From: Gammaproteobacteria bacterium
GTDB taxonomy: Bacteria > Pseudomonadota > Gammaproteobacteria > Eutrophobiales > Eutrophobiaceae
DNA length: 64,000 bases
Direction: 5' to 3'
NCBI GenBank assembly: GCA_965243205.1
Contig: CBDEUK010000002.1
Location: 384,001-448,000 of the forward strand
Shown: one piece after another, positions 29,216 through 42,413 of the stretch
Position numbering within the stretch: position 1 is the first letter of the stretch
Layout of the letters: every line of letters starts with the position of its first letter
The notes under the pieces: model-generated
The model's input: the letters and a program-made list of their open reading frames with translations, nothing else
What the model was told of the DNA's origin: nothing
The model's database searches: none
Translations under genes and position numbers: made by a program

Positions 29216-29241
29216 AAAGCCGAGCATTGCTCGGCTTTTTT
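29216..29241. terminator. Intrinsic terminator between convergent pntB and the NnrU-like gene
   Basis: AAAGCCGAGC/GCTCGGCTTT stem plus T-run. Confidence 0.85.
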
Positions 29242-29246
29242 AATGT

Positions 29247-29813
29247 TTAAATAATTGCGACACCTGCAATATATTGATGAAAACAAATTATTACACCAAT
29301 CACAATCAAACTAATTATTAAACCGATTAATTCGGTTTTAATCGATGACTGTATAATTAATGGCTTTTTACCATCACGTTTATTAATAAAAATAACTTCT
29401 AAGACAGCCCAAGTTAATAATACGCCAAACAACCAAATCGAACGAGTATCACCATTTAATAACAAATGAGCAAGTGCCCAAATTTTTAACCCTATGAGCT
29501 GGGGGTGGCGAATAATAGGTTTTAATCGATTAGGATATTTTGCAGAAAAGAATACTAACAAGCCAATAATAGCCAATAACATTAATATGCCGCGTATTGC
29601 ATGACTACTTGCAATATCATATAAAAATACCGGCTCAGCTGTTCTCCAACCAAAAATAATTAATGCTAATGAGCTAAATATTAATAAAGCAAAAATTCCT
29701 TTATATGGACCTAAACCAATTTTTTCTATAGCGCATTTTTTTATATTAGGCGTTATAGATAATGATAAATGCACTACAGACCAGAGCAGTAACCCAGTGA
29801 TTAAAAGCGTCAT
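29247..29813 (-). CDS. NnrU family membrane protein
   Basis: GLLLWSVVH, IIRHPQL.G..IWA.AHLLLNGD. Confidence 0.85.
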   Translation of the reverse strand: MTLLITGLLLWSVVHLSLSITPNIKKCAIEKIGLGPYKGIFALLIFSSLALIIFGWRTAEPVFLYDIASSHAIRGILMLLAIIGLLVFFSAKYPNRLKPIIRHPQLIGLKIWALAHLLLNGDTRSIWLFGVLLTWAVLEVIFINKRDGKKPLIIQSSIKTELIGLIISLIVIGVIICFHQYIAGVAII

Positions 29814-29831
29814 TCTTCTCCCCTCCTATCA

Positions 29832-31109
<1,278 letters not shown>

Positions 31110-31128
31110 TTATAAAAACCTTAAATAG

Positions 31129-31506
31129 TTAAATCATATTTCTGGCAATGGTTAAACCTAACCAGCAAGCAAACAATGAAAATAAAACACTAATTGTTAT
31201 ATTGGCGATAGCTTTTAAGTACCAACCATTTTCTAACAACATAAGTGTTTCAATTGAAAATGTTGAAAATGTTGTTAATGCTCCTAACAAGCCTGTTGTT
31301 AAACCTAATCGCCAGTGGTCATCTAATTGAAATTTAGATGTTAATAAAATAAATAACAGCCCCATAAAAAAAGAACCAATAATATTTACTGCCAGCGTCC
31401 CATGAGGAAAACTGCGATCAAGATAAGCGTGTACTAGATTGGTTAAGCCGTAACGTAATAAGGCACCCAATGCTCCACCGCCAGCGATAAAAAAGATTTG
31501 ATTCAT
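31129..31506 (-). CDS. crcB: Fluoride efflux channel
   Basis: GGALGALLRY, PHGTLAVNIIGSF, TGLLGALTTFSTFS. Confidence 0.95.
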   Translation of the reverse strand: MNQIFFIAGGGALGALLRYGLTNLVHAYLDRSFPHGTLAVNIIGSFFMGLLFILLTSKFQLDDHWRLGLTTGLLGALTTFSTFSIETLMLLENGWYLKAIANITISVLFSLFACWLGLTIARNMI

Positions 31507-31596
31507 TGATTAACGAGTGATTTATATAACAATTAAATTTTAGCGGATTGTATAAGAGCTACTTGAGTTTGTCTTGTGTTATCAGATAACAACTAA

Positions 31597-32895
31597 TTAT
31601 TTTGCCTGTTTATCCCATTCTCGTAATTGTTGTAATTTTTCTGCAATCTTTATTTCTAAGCCGCGATTAACTGGCTCATAATAAGAATTTTCTGGCATAT
31701 CATCAGGCAGATAGCTTTCACCTGCCGCATAAGCATTGGGCTCATTGTGTGCATAACGATAGTCTTTGCCATAATCGAGATTTTTCATCAATTTGGTCGG
31801 AGCATTACGTAAATGCAACGGCACCTCTAAAGAACCGTATTGTTTTGCATCATTCATGGCAGCTTTATACGCCATATATACAGCATTACTTTTTGCCGCA
31901 CATGCCATGTAAACAATCGCTTGCGCAATCGCCAGCTCGCCTTCTGGAGAACCCAATCTTTCTTGAGTTTCCCATGCATCTAGAGCGATTTGTAATGCTC
32001 TAGGGTCTGCATTACCAATATCCTCTGATGCCATGCGTACAACCCTTCTAGCAATATATAAAGGATCACAGCCACCATCAATCATTCGTGTAAACCAATA
32101 AAGAGAAGCATCAACCGCTGAACCACGAACCGATTTATGTAATGCCGAGATTTGATCGTAAAACGCTTCGCCACCTTTATCGAAACGCCTTAATGAACCG
32201 CCTGTTAGGATTTCATTAAGTAGGTCTTCATTAATTACACCGTCTTCAGTTAACTCACTCGCAATCTCTAAAAAATTCAGGGCGCGTCTAGCATCGCCAT
32301 CAACTGCTTTTGCTAAAATCTTTTTTGTTTCATCATCAATCTGTAAATTAAATTCAGCTAAACCTTTTTCTTTATCATTAAGAGCACGGTCGATGACTTT
32401 GAGAATGTCTTCATCATTAATATTTTTTAAAACATACACTCTGGCACGAGATAATAACGCATTGTTTAATTCAAACGATGGGTTTTCAGTAGTAGCGCCA
32501 ATAAATGTAATCGTGCCATTTTCTATATGTGGTAAAAAAGCATCTTGTTGTGATTTATTAAATCGATGTACTTCATCAACAAATAATACAGTATCTTTTT
32601 GATAGACTTGTCGATATTGTTTTGCTTGTTCTATTGCTTCACGAATATCTTTAACGCCGCTCAATACGGCTGACAAGGTTATAAATTTTGCATCACATGA
32701 ATTGGCAATAATTTTTGCGAGGGTGGTTTTCCCGGTGCCAGGAGGACCCCAGAAGACCATAGAATGTAATCGAGCGTTTGAAATTGCTGAATACAGGGGT
32801 TTATCTTTTGAGAGAATATGTTGTTGCCCCACATATTCATCAAGTGTTTGGGGTCTTAACCGATCAGCAAGTGGACGATAATCTTCAGATGACAT
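31597..32895 (-). CDS. rarA: Replication-associated recombination protein A (AAA+)
   Basis: [45 protein letters not shown]. Confidence 0.96.
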   Translation of the reverse strand: MSSEDYRPLADRLRPQTLDEYVGQQHILSKDKPLYSAISNARLHSMVFWGPPGTGKTTLAKIIANSCDAKFITLSAVLSGVKDIREAIEQAKQYRQVYQKDTVLFVDEVHRFNKSQQDAFLPHIENGTITFIGATTENPSFELNNALLSRARVYVLKNINDEDILKVIDRALNDKEKGLAEFNLQIDDETKKILAKAVDGDARRALNFLEIASELTEDGVINEDLLNEILTGGSLRRFDKGGEAFYDQISALHKSVRGSAVDASLYWFTRMIDGGCDPLYIARRVVRMASEDIGNADPRALQIALDAWETQERLGSPEGELAIAQAIVYMACAAKSNAVYMAYKAAMNDAKQYGSLEVPLHLRNAPTKLMKNLDYGKDYRYAHNEPNAYAAGESYLPDDMPENSYYEPVNRGLEIKIAEKLQQLREWDKQAK

Positions 32896-32897
32896 GA

Positions 32898-33533
32898 TTA
32901 TTGATTTGGCATTTCACTCACGTCGATAACATCAATATTTTCAGCCGCAGTAAACGTAAATAAAGACTCATCAAGCGCATCATTACGTTTTACATTATCA
33001 AACTGTACATCAGTAATCTGACCTAATTTATCAAATAAAATCATTTGTATTAATTTGTCATCTTTAAAACTAAGCTTAACACTATGAAATTGATTATCTT
33101 CAGAATTAGGAGCAAGTTCTACAACACTAATGCCAATATTATTTGTTTGATTAACGACTTTAAAATATTGATACAACGTATCTTTACCGCTAAGAATTGC
33201 AGCAGGTGTATTATCTAATTCCTCATTAACATCTTTGATTGTGACTTGTTCTAAATCTTCATCATATACCCAAAGTTTTTTACCATTTGATATAAGGCTT
33301 TGTGCATAAGGTTCAACATACTGCCAATGAAACTGGCCTGGATATTTTAAATACAATGAACCTTTAGAGCTTTCTAATACTTCACCACTCGTATCGACTA
33401 AAGATTGTTCAAATGTTCCACTAAATGTTTTAAAACCTTCTAGAAAATCATCAAGTGAATTTTTTTCCTGGGCTGCTTGTGTGTTACTGAATAAAAAAAT
33501 AAAAACAAAGCATAATGTTTTTAAATATTTCAA
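32898..33533 (-). CDS. lolA: Outer-membrane lipoprotein chaperone
   Basis: [26 protein letters not shown]; lies between ftsK and rarA. Confidence 0.92.
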   Translation of the reverse strand: MKYLKTLCFVFIFLFSNTQAAQEKNSLDDFLEGFKTFSGTFEQSLVDTSGEVLESSKGSLYLKYPGQFHWQYVEPYAQSLISNGKKLWVYDEDLEQVTIKDVNEELDNTPAAILSGKDTLYQYFKVVNQTNNIGISVVELAPNSEDNQFHSVKLSFKDDKLIQMILFDKLGQITDVQFDNVKRNDALDESLFTFTAAENIDVIDVSEMPNQ

Positions 33534-33596
33534 AATAGTTATCCTTTATCATAAAAATCTAACGATTTAGATTACATTCTCTAAAATAAGTTTTGA

Positions 33597-35918
33597 TTAA
33601 TCGATTGGTGGAGGTGCTGCAGCATAAATTTCACGGGTACCATTCGATTCTAACGGTCCAACTAAACCACTACTTTCCATTTCTTCCACAATACGCGCTG
33701 CTCGGTTATAACCGATTTTCAATCGACGTTGTATATATGAAATAGATGCTTTTCGAGTTTCTGTAACGATTTGTACTGCCTCGTCATAGAGTGGATCAAT
33801 ATCATCACCTCGCGCACTCTCAATACCTGGAATTAATTCAGCTCCACCTTCTTCTGGCCCACGAATGATATCATCATTGTATTCAGGTTCTTCATTGCTG
33901 CTAATATTTTCAACGACTCGATGTACTTCATGGTCATCAACAAATGCACCATGCACCCGTTCAGGAATATTGCTACCTGGTGCAAGGAACAACATATCAC
34001 CGTGGCCTAATAAATTTTCGGCGCCCATTTGGTCAAGGATAGTTCGTGAATCGACTTTGGAAGAAACTTGGAACGCCATACGACAAGGAATGTTGGCCTT
34101 GATCAAGCCTGTAATCACATCAACCGAAGGACGTTGAGTTGCAACGATTAAATGAATACCAGCCGCCCTAGCCTTTTGTGCTAAACGCGCAATCAGTTCT
34201 TCAACTTTTTTACCGACCGTCATCATCATGTCAGCTAATTCATCGATAATAACTACTATCAACGGAATTTCATCTAAGGTTGGTATTTCATCTTCTTCTG
34301 AAACTGGTTGGTAAAAAGGATCAGGAATCGGAATATTCCCGCGAATCGCATCCGCTACTTTTTTGTTATAACCACTAATATTTCTTACACCAAGAGAAGC
34401 CATTAATTTATAACGTCGTTCCATTTCAGCGACACACCATCGCAAAGCATTTGCTGCCTCTTTCATATCTGTTACAACTGGTGCTAATAAATGTGGAATA
34501 CCTTCATAAACGGATAACTCCAGCATTTTTGGATCAATCATAATCATGCGTACATCACGCGCCATCGATTTATACAATAAACTTAAAATCATGGCATTGA
34601 GTGCAACTGATTTACCCGAGCCAGTTGTACCTGCAACTAGTAAGTGCGGCATTTTAGCCAGATCGGTTACTACTGGATTACCGGCAATATCCTTACCTAA
34701 GGCCAGTGGCAATTGTGTTTTAGAGATATCATATTCTCGCGAATTAATAATTTCCCCTAAACTGACTAAATCTCTATTTTCATTAGGGATTTCTAATCCA
34801 ATAACAGATTTCCCAGGGATCACTTCAACCACCCGTACGCTAACGACTGATAACGAACGAGCTAAATCTTTAGATAAATTACTGATTTTACTAACTTTTG
34901 TACCTGGAGCTGGCTCTAATTCGAAACGAGTCACGACTGGTCCTGGGTGAACAGCAACTACTTGAACCTCAATGCCAAAATCATTGAGTTTGATTTCAAC
35001 TTGGCGAGAGATGGCTTCTAAAGCCTCCCTAGAATATTGCCCTTTCGAAGGTGTTGGCTCGTCTAATAGATTAAGAGTGGGTAATTTGCTATCCGCAGGC
35101 AAATCAAACAAGTTTTCTTGGCGTTCGTTTTCAGCACGTAGACTGGTTTCGAAATCTGAGATGATTGGTTCACTAATTTCCACTGGAGAACGATCAATAA
35201 TCTTTTCTTGCTCTTTCTTTATAACTGTTTCACGCTCTTTTCTTGCTTGGCGACCTAAGGTCTCTACTTTTGCGTTATTTCTAACCCCCTTTATATAGTC
35301 CAACAGGCTCAAAGTCATTGCGCCTGTTTTATCCATTAACCAAAACCATGAGAACCCAGTAAAAAGCGTAATGCCAGATAAAATCATCATTAGAAACAAT
35401 AAGGTACTGCCCAAATGACCAGTTTTTTGATAGAAAAAATTACCAATCAAATCACCAAGAACTCCACCAGAACCTCGAACTTCCAATGGCAGACCTGAAC
35501 CCGCGTGAATATGTCCCCATGCGAGACCTACACAACCTAATAGGAATATAACAACGCCAACTGAACGCAGACTAAAATAGAGGCTAGAAAACGTGATTTG
35601 TTGTCTTTTTGCGTCGAAAAGTCGCCAACACCCATAAATTAGCAATACTGGAATTACATATCCCATATAACCCAAGACATACAATAAAATATCAGCCATC
35701 CATGCACCAACAGCTCCAGCACTATTACTCACTTCATTACTTGAAACAGCATGGGACCAGGCAGGATCATTTTGGTTATACGACAACAACGCTATGCATA
35801 AAAAAAGTGCCGACGTAATGAATATAAAAATCATGACTTCTCGGACATTTTGAAATGCCGTAGTTGATGGTTGCAGTGGTTTATCTGCTTTTTTCTTTTT
35901 CCGTTTAGCTTGCGCCAT
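33597..35918 (-). CDS. ftsK: DNA translocase FtsK
   Basis: N-terminal TM domain, [30 protein letters not shown], gamma domain IGYNRAARI. Confidence 0.97.
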   Translation of the reverse strand: MAQAKRKKKKADKPLQPSTTAFQNVREVMIFIFITSALFLCIALLSYNQNDPAWSHAVSSNEVSNSAGAVGAWMADILLYVLGYMGYVIPVLLIYGCWRLFDAKRQQITFSSLYFSLRSVGVVIFLLGCVGLAWGHIHAGSGLPLEVRGSGGVLGDLIGNFFYQKTGHLGSTLLFLMMILSGITLFTGFSWFWLMDKTGAMTLSLLDYIKGVRNNAKVETLGRQARKERETVIKKEQEKIIDRSPVEISEPIISDFETSLRAENERQENLFDLPADSKLPTLNLLDEPTPSKGQYSREALEAISRQVEIKLNDFGIEVQVVAVHPGPVVTRFELEPAPGTKVSKISNLSKDLARSLSVVSVRVVEVIPGKSVIGLEIPNENRDLVSLGEIINSREYDISKTQLPLALGKDIAGNPVVTDLAKMPHLLVAGTTGSGKSVALNAMILSLLYKSMARDVRMIMIDPKMLELSVYEGIPHLLAPVVTDMKEAANALRWCVAEMERRYKLMASLGVRNISGYNKKVADAIRGNIPIPDPFYQPVSEEDEIPTLDEIPLIVVIIDELADMMMTVGKKVEELIARLAQKARAAGIHLIVATQRPSVDVITGLIKANIPCRMAFQVSSKVDSRTILDQMGAENLLGHGDMLFLAPGSNIPERVHGAFVDDHEVHRVVENISSNEEPEYNDDIIRGPEEGGAELIPGIESARGDDIDPLYDEAVQIVTETRKASISYIQRRLKIGYNRAARIVEEMESSGLVGPLESNGTREIYAAAPPPID

Positions 35919-36100
35919 ACTATCTATTATCTACTTTAAATTCTTTATATATATTTATGAAATTATTGAAAAATTTTAACATTAAATAGTGAGAAAATCA
36001 GTATTGGATTATAACTATCTATTTTGCTTGGCCTGATTAATTAACGTACCATAGCCCGCTGAATTTTTCTTCCAACTCGTTCTTTTTTTAGGAGTTATGA

Positions 36101-37057
<957 letters not shown>

Positions 37058-37075
37058 TCTCAAGGAAATTACGAC

Positions 37076-38071
37076 ATGAAAGCGATCATCATGACTGATG
37101 TGGGTGGCCCTGAAGTATTACAACTACAAGAAGTAGATAAACCATCAATACAGAATCCAACAGAGGTGCTCGTCAAACTTAAAGCCGCCTCTATTAATCC
37201 TATTGACATCAAACTACGCAGTGGTGCTTATCCTGTCAATCCAATGCCAACCATATTAGGCTGTGATGGCGCTGGTGTTATTGAAGCAATTGGTACTAAT
37301 GTAAATAACTTATCGGTAGATGATGAAGTGTATTTTTTTCACGGTGGTTTAAGTGGGATTCCAGGTAATTACGCCGAATACATTGTTCTAGACCAACGTT
37401 TCGTTGCTAAAAAACCATCTTCAATCAATTTTCACGAAGCAGCTGCTGCGCCATTAGTTTTATTAACGGCCTGGGAATCGTTGTTTGATCGTACAAATGT
37501 GACGCAAGACTCCACCGTATTAATCCATGCAGGTGCAGGAGGAGTTGGACACGTTGCTATTCAATTAGCCAAATCGGTTGGCGCTAAAGTAGCGACAACC
37601 GTAAGCACACAATCCAAAGCCGATTTTGTATCCAAACTTGGGGCGGATAAAATCATTTTTTATAAAGATGAAAATTTCGTTGAATCTATTTTAGATTGGA
37701 CCAATGGTGAAGGTGTTGATGTGGTTATGGATAATGTCGGTGGTGCTTTAATTGAACAATCCTTTGCCGCGACAAAAGTCTATGGTGATGTTGTCACACT
37801 ACTACTCGCACCTCAAGAAACCGATTGGTCGGTTGCTCGAATACGTAATGTGCGTTTTTCTCAAGAAGTTATGTTAACGCCCCTGCTTCTTGGAATAGAA
37901 CAGCATCAATACCATCAAACAAATATTATCAATAAATGCACAGAATTATTTAATGAGCAAAAATTAAAAGTAGAAATACAAGATGTTTTGCCATTAGAGC
38001 AAGCTGCAGATGCTCATCGTTTAATTGAGCAAGGCTCAACCTCAGGGAAAATTGTTTTATCAATTGATTGA
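37076..38071 (+). CDS. NADPH:quinone oxidoreductase / MDR family
   Basis: GGPEVL, INPID, LGCDGAG, HAGAGGVGH, GKIVL. Confidence 0.88.
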   Translation: MKAIIMTDVGGPEVLQLQEVDKPSIQNPTEVLVKLKAASINPIDIKLRSGAYPVNPMPTILGCDGAGVIEAIGTNVNNLSVDDEVYFFHGGLSGIPGNYAEYIVLDQRFVAKKPSSINFHEAAAAPLVLLTAWESLFDRTNVTQDSTVLIHAGAGGVGHVAIQLAKSVGAKVATTVSTQSKADFVSKLGADKIIFYKDENFVESILDWTNGEGVDVVMDNVGGALIEQSFAATKVYGDVVTLLLAPQETDWSVARIRNVRFSQEVMLTPLLLGIEQHQYHQTNIINKCTELFNEQKLKVEIQDVLPLEQAADAHRLIEQGSTSGKIVLSID

Positions 38072-38149
38072 TAAAAGATCCATTTAAAATATAACCATTT
38101 TAAAATTCTAACTAATTGAGATTTCTATCTCATTTTGTCAGTATTTTTC

Positions 38150-38177
38150 TAAAGTTTTTCGCAAAAAAAAACGATAT
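38150..38177 (+). promoter_or_regulatory. Sigma28-like promoter
   Basis: TAAAGTTT-N12-AACGATAT. Confidence 0.35.
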
Positions 38178-38237
38178 ATCTATAGTGTCGTCTAACTATT
38201 GATACTCATCATATATCGAGCATTTTTGTGAAAAAAA

Positions 38238-38819
38238 ATGAAATTAATTGACATTATAAAGACCATTCTTGTTATTAAATTAACGGGCTTTTTCATAATG
38301 GGAACAGCCGCAGCTTATATAGCGTACCCATATGTTTACGATGAAATAGAAGACGCTCAGGTATCAGAAATAATCAATCAAATATCATTAATAAAAAAAG
38401 CGGCGATAAAATTTCATGAAGACACTGGATACTATCCAGTAATGCAATCGAATAAAGAAAATCGTTTTTACCATTCCTTTTTATATGCCGATTCTTACAA
38501 TACAAATAATGAAATAATACCAGGATGGAATGGGCCTTATTTGGATCATGAACCTGAACATCCTATTTCAAAAGACTCATTGCAATATTTGCAACATACT
38601 GAACATAAATCATATGTATGTGATATCGATGGCAATGGAATGACGGAAGGTTCCTGGTTGGTTTACCGTCTTGATGATATACCTCCTACAGCCATGAGAA
38701 AGGTAAGTGATGTAATTGATGGTGATGGCATATCTGAAAACTGGGCACGCAAAGGGATGGTTAAACAATACAATGGCAAACACAATTCAATCATGATCGT
38801 ATGTTTATTACGAACTTAA
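38238..38819 (+). CDS. GspG/pseudopilin-like protein lacking a canonical prepilin leader
   Basis: N-terminal hydrophobic helix; IKKAAIKFHEDTGYYP and GWNGPYL resemble GspG; no G|FTLIE. Confidence 0.55.
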   Translation: MKLIDIIKTILVIKLTGFFIMGTAAAYIAYPYVYDEIEDAQVSEIINQISLIKKAAIKFHEDTGYYPVMQSNKENRFYHSFLYADSYNTNNEIIPGWNGPYLDHEPEHPISKDSLQYLQHTEHKSYVCDIDGNGMTEGSWLVYRLDDIPPTAMRKVSDVIDGDGISENWARKGMVKQYNGKHNSIMIVCLLRT

Positions 38820-38909
38820 TCTCTATAAATAAAATCTAATTTTATATTCCTAAACATTGTTTAATTAGAGTTACTGATTTTTTTTCTAAAAATTAGTACA
38901 GTATTAGAC

Positions 38910-40394
38910 ATGCAACTGCTCCAAAAAATAGAATCTATTGGTAATAAGTTACCGCATCCAGCTACGTTATTTTTTTGTGGTTTTATCATTGTCGTTTTAT
39001 GTTCTGAACTCGCAGTGCTATTAGATTGGAAAGTTATTAATCCTATATCAGGTGAAGTCGAAGCAAAGAGCCTGCTTCGTTCTGATGGTATATGGTGGTT
39101 CTTAAGTCATCTTGTACAAAATTTTATACAGTTTCCTCCATTAGGTATTGTCTTAGTCGGAATGTTAGGTATTGGTATGGCTGAACGATCAGGCTTGTTG
39201 CCTGCGTTGTTGAGTTCTTCTATTCAAAAAGTACCTATGACTTTACTAACACCTGCGACTATATTCATTGGTATCATTTCATCTGTAGCATTAGATGCAG
39301 GTTATGTTGTATTACCACCTTTAGTTGCTGCATTGTATTTATCTTTAGGGCGTTCTCCTGTAGCAGGTATAGCCGCCACCTTTGCTGGCGTTTCCGCAGG
39401 CTTTAGTGCAAACCTAATCATCACAGCGCTTGACCCATTGTTAGCGGGATTTACTGAAAGTGCTGCACAAATTATTTCTCCAGAGTATCAAGTTACAGAT
39501 ACGGCGAACCTTTGGTTTATGATCGCTTCAACCATTGTATTAACTGTGACTGGTTGGATCATTAGTGTTTATTGGGTAGAGCCACAAATTGGAACCATGG
39601 GCATGGACAGTTCCGTTAAAACAGAAACTCTAAGTCAAACATCTGAACAACAAAGCAAAGGCTTATATGTCGCAGGGCTTAGCTTTATTATTTGTTTAGC
39701 GATTATCTTGGCGATGATCTTTATAGAAAACGCTCCACTTCATGGCGAAGGTAAAAGATTCGCTCGATGGGTAGAAGCGACCGTACCGATACTATTTATT
39801 TTATTTTTTATTCCTGGTATTTGTTATGGCTTTGCTTCCCAATCAATAAAAAACGATAAAGACATAGCGAATATAATGTCAGATACGATGTCCTTCCTCG
39901 CCTCTTATATTGTGTTGGCTTTTTTTGCGGCACAATTTATTGAATCCTTCAAATATTCAGGCTTAGGTGAAATGTTAGCTATCACTGGCGGCAACGCTTT
40001 AACACAACTCGCCATTCCATCGACTATTTTAATGATATTATTTGTTTTAATGGCTATGTTGGCTAATCTTCTTATGGGTTCAGCCTCAGCTAAGTATGCT
40101 TTTTTAGCGCCTGTATTTGTGCCGATGTTTATGCAAGTCGGTATAAGCCCAGAACTTACCCAAGCGGCTTATAGAATCGGTGATTCAACCACCAATGTCA
40201 TCACACCTCTTAATCCCTATATGATCATCGTATTAGCATTGTTTCAAAAATACGTTAAAGGTTCGGGCTTAGGCACGTTGGTTGCAGTAATGTTGCCGTA
40301 TACTATTGGCTTTGCCATTGTTTGGATAACTTTACTCAGTGTATGGATGTTGTTGGGGTTACCGCTAGGGCCTGGAGGAAATTTATATTTGTAA
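38910..40394 (+). CDS. AbgT family transporter
   Basis: IE.IGNKLPHP, FPPLG, GRSPVAGIAATFAGVSAGFSAN, YRIGDSTTN.ITP. Confidence 0.93.
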   Translation: MQLLQKIESIGNKLPHPATLFFCGFIIVVLCSELAVLLDWKVINPISGEVEAKSLLRSDGIWWFLSHLVQNFIQFPPLGIVLVGMLGIGMAERSGLLPALLSSSIQKVPMTLLTPATIFIGIISSVALDAGYVVLPPLVAALYLSLGRSPVAGIAATFAGVSAGFSANLIITALDPLLAGFTESAAQIISPEYQVTDTANLWFMIASTIVLTVTGWIISVYWVEPQIGTMGMDSSVKTETLSQTSEQQSKGLYVAGLSFIICLAIILAMIFIENAPLHGEGKRFARWVEATVPILFILFFIPGICYGFASQSIKNDKDIANIMSDTMSFLASYIVLAFFAAQFIESFKYSGLGEMLAITGGNALTQLAIPSTILMILFVLMAMLANLLMGSASAKYAFLAPVFVPMFMQVGISPELTQAAYRIGDSTTNVITPLNPYMIIVLALFQKYVKGSGLGTLVAVMLPYTIGFAIVWITLLSVWMLLGLPLGPGGNLYL

Positions 40395-40450
40395 TATCTT
40401 TACTGTGTTAAAATCATTAAAAATTCACATTTGTATAAATAATATTATTT

Positions 40451-40792
40451 ATGAGTAACGAAAAACCTATTTATAAAGTCATTTTTCATAACCAAGGACA
40501 AATCTACGAAGTCTATGCAAAATCAGTTAGCCAGGGAAATATGTTTGGCTTTATTGAAATTGAAAAACTTGTGTTTGGTGAAAAGACCACAGTTGTTGTG
40601 GATCCATCTGAAGAAAATTTAAAAAATGAATTCAATAATGTCATAAGAACCTATGTTCCAATGCATTCTATCATTCGTATTGATGAAGTTAGTAAACAAG
40701 GTTCCGCTAAAATACTTGAAACCACTAAATCTGATAACAAAGTAATGCCATTCCCCGTGTATACCCAGGGCTCAGAAAAAACCCCAGAGTAA
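40451..40792 (+). CDS. DUF1820 family protein
   Basis: IYKVIFHNQGQIYEVYA, VVDPSEE.LK.EF, PMHSIIRIDEV. Confidence 0.8.
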   Translation: MSNEKPIYKVIFHNQGQIYEVYAKSVSQGNMFGFIEIEKLVFGEKTTVVVDPSEENLKNEFNNVIRTYVPMHSIIRIDEVSKQGSAKILETTKSDNKVMPFPVYTQGSEKTPE

Positions 40793-40804
40793 TCTTTAAC
40801 GCTA

Positions 40805-41824
40805 TTAAACTTCTAACAAAGCTTTGATGTGAGCGACTGTTGCACTAGCATTACCTTGTAAATTGTAACCACCTTCAAGTATTGAAACGACTTTGCCATC
40901 ACAATATTGATCGGCAAGGTTTAAAACTAACCGGGTTAGTTCATAAAACCCTTGGTCTGAAACATCAAAGCACCCTAATCTATCCTCAACTCGACTATCA
41001 AATCCAGCTGAAACTAATATAAGTTCAGGCTTAAATTCATGCACTTTAGGAATCAGTTTGCTCTCAAAAGCATCTAAAATCATCTTATCGGACGTATTGC
41101 ATGGTAAATGAACATTGATATTGTAACCTTTACCATCTCCATCACCCTGTTTTGATGGGTCTCCTGTACCTGGATAGGCATGCCAATCATGCGTAGAAAA
41201 AAACAAAACGGATGGATCTGTATAAAAAGCTGACTCAGTACCATTGCCATGATGATAATCCCAATCAACAATTAAAATTCGTTTTAAATTATGTTTGAGC
41301 TGAGCATAACGAGCCGCGATTGCAATAATATTGTATAAGCAAAACCCTTCTATTTTTCCAGTATTTTCAGCGTGATGTCCAGGTGGTCGAGAAATCGCAA
41401 ATGCGTTATCTAATTCACCGTTTATAACTTTTTCAGTCATATAAATCACGTCAGATACGACTTTAAGCAATACTTCATGCGATAGTGAGTGATTTTTCTT
41501 TAATAATTCAATATGTTGTTCGGTATGAATGTATTTAAGATAAGATTCAATTAATGCTCTATCAACGGCTTCATTATTGCTAACAATGAGTTTATCGAGT
41601 TTTTCCTGCTTTAATTTATTGTTAATAAAAAGCAAGCGTTCTGGTGATTCAGGATGACCTGGTTCATTAAGATGTTTCAAATAGATTTTATCGTAAATGA
41701 TCCCAGTATTTCGTTGCTGACTTATTTCTTCAGCAATCGAAAATGAAGTGGTTAAAAATTGATTACCCAAAAACGACCCTGTTAAATATTTGAGCAGTTG
41801 ACGACGATTGATTACACTAGACAT
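40805..41824 (-). CDS. Histone deacetylase family amidohydrolase with Tat-like signal
   Basis: HPESPER, RPPGHH, GFC, DWDYHHGNGT, SAGFD, LEGGY; N-terminal NRRQLLK. Confidence 0.9.
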   Translation of the reverse strand: MSSVINRRQLLKYLTGSFLGNQFLTTSFSIAEEISQQRNTGIIYDKIYLKHLNEPGHPESPERLLFINNKLKQEKLDKLIVSNNEAVDRALIESYLKYIHTEQHIELLKKNHSLSHEVLLKVVSDVIYMTEKVINGELDNAFAISRPPGHHAENTGKIEGFCLYNIIAIAARYAQLKHNLKRILIVDWDYHHGNGTESAFYTDPSVLFFSTHDWHAYPGTGDPSKQGDGDGKGYNINVHLPCNTSDKMILDAFESKLIPKVHEFKPELILVSAGFDSRVEDRLGCFDVSDQGFYELTRLVLNLADQYCDGKVVSILEGGYNLQGNASATVAHIKALLEV

Positions 41825-41885
41825 AGCATTATTTTAACGCAGATTATACAATTTACTAAATTTCAAACTATTTTCTCGTATCATT

Positions 41886-42398
41886 ATGAAAACGGCTTTT
41901 CAAATACTTATATTATTTTTTTTGCCTCTAACGATTCATGCCGCCTTTTGGCAAGTAGTTGAGTCGAATGATGAAAATAATACAATCGCAAAAGATCTTG
42001 CACAAATTCAAAATAATGATGGTTTTAAAATTCAAATATTCTTGGATGAATATTCAGAAGTTAAATTACGATTTACTAGCAGTTCAAAAGTCGGTGCTTT
42101 GTCGGATAAAATTTGTCCCTCTTTCCAAGTCGATAACTATACAACTTTCAATCGTTCATTTAATGGTGATGAATGCATTGTAAATGGAAATACATATGAA
42201 TATGGCTTAGGTAGTATAGAACTTGAGCATATTGATTCTACAGCCCTATATCGAATTCAAAATGGTAATCAATTATTTTTCAGGTATATGTTTGAAAATG
42301 AAGGTTATGGAGAAACATCATTTACCTTAGCTGGTTCAAGTCGAATCATATTAAGTGTTTTGGGTTCGGAAATTGTCATTCGAAAAACTCGTCCTTAG
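41886..42398 (+). CDS. Hypothetical exported protein
   Basis: Signal peptide ending IHA; 170 aa; upstream of the GNAT-aat run. Confidence 0.7.
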   Translation: MKTAFQILILFFLPLTIHAAFWQVVESNDENNTIAKDLAQIQNNDGFKIQIFLDEYSEVKLRFTSSSKVGALSDKICPSFQVDNYTTFNRSFNGDECIVNGNTYEYGLGSIELEHIDSTALYRIQNGNQLFFRYMFENEGYGETSFTLAGSSRIILSVLGSEIVIRKTRP

Positions 42399-42413
42399 TG
42401 TTTCAATATTTGT

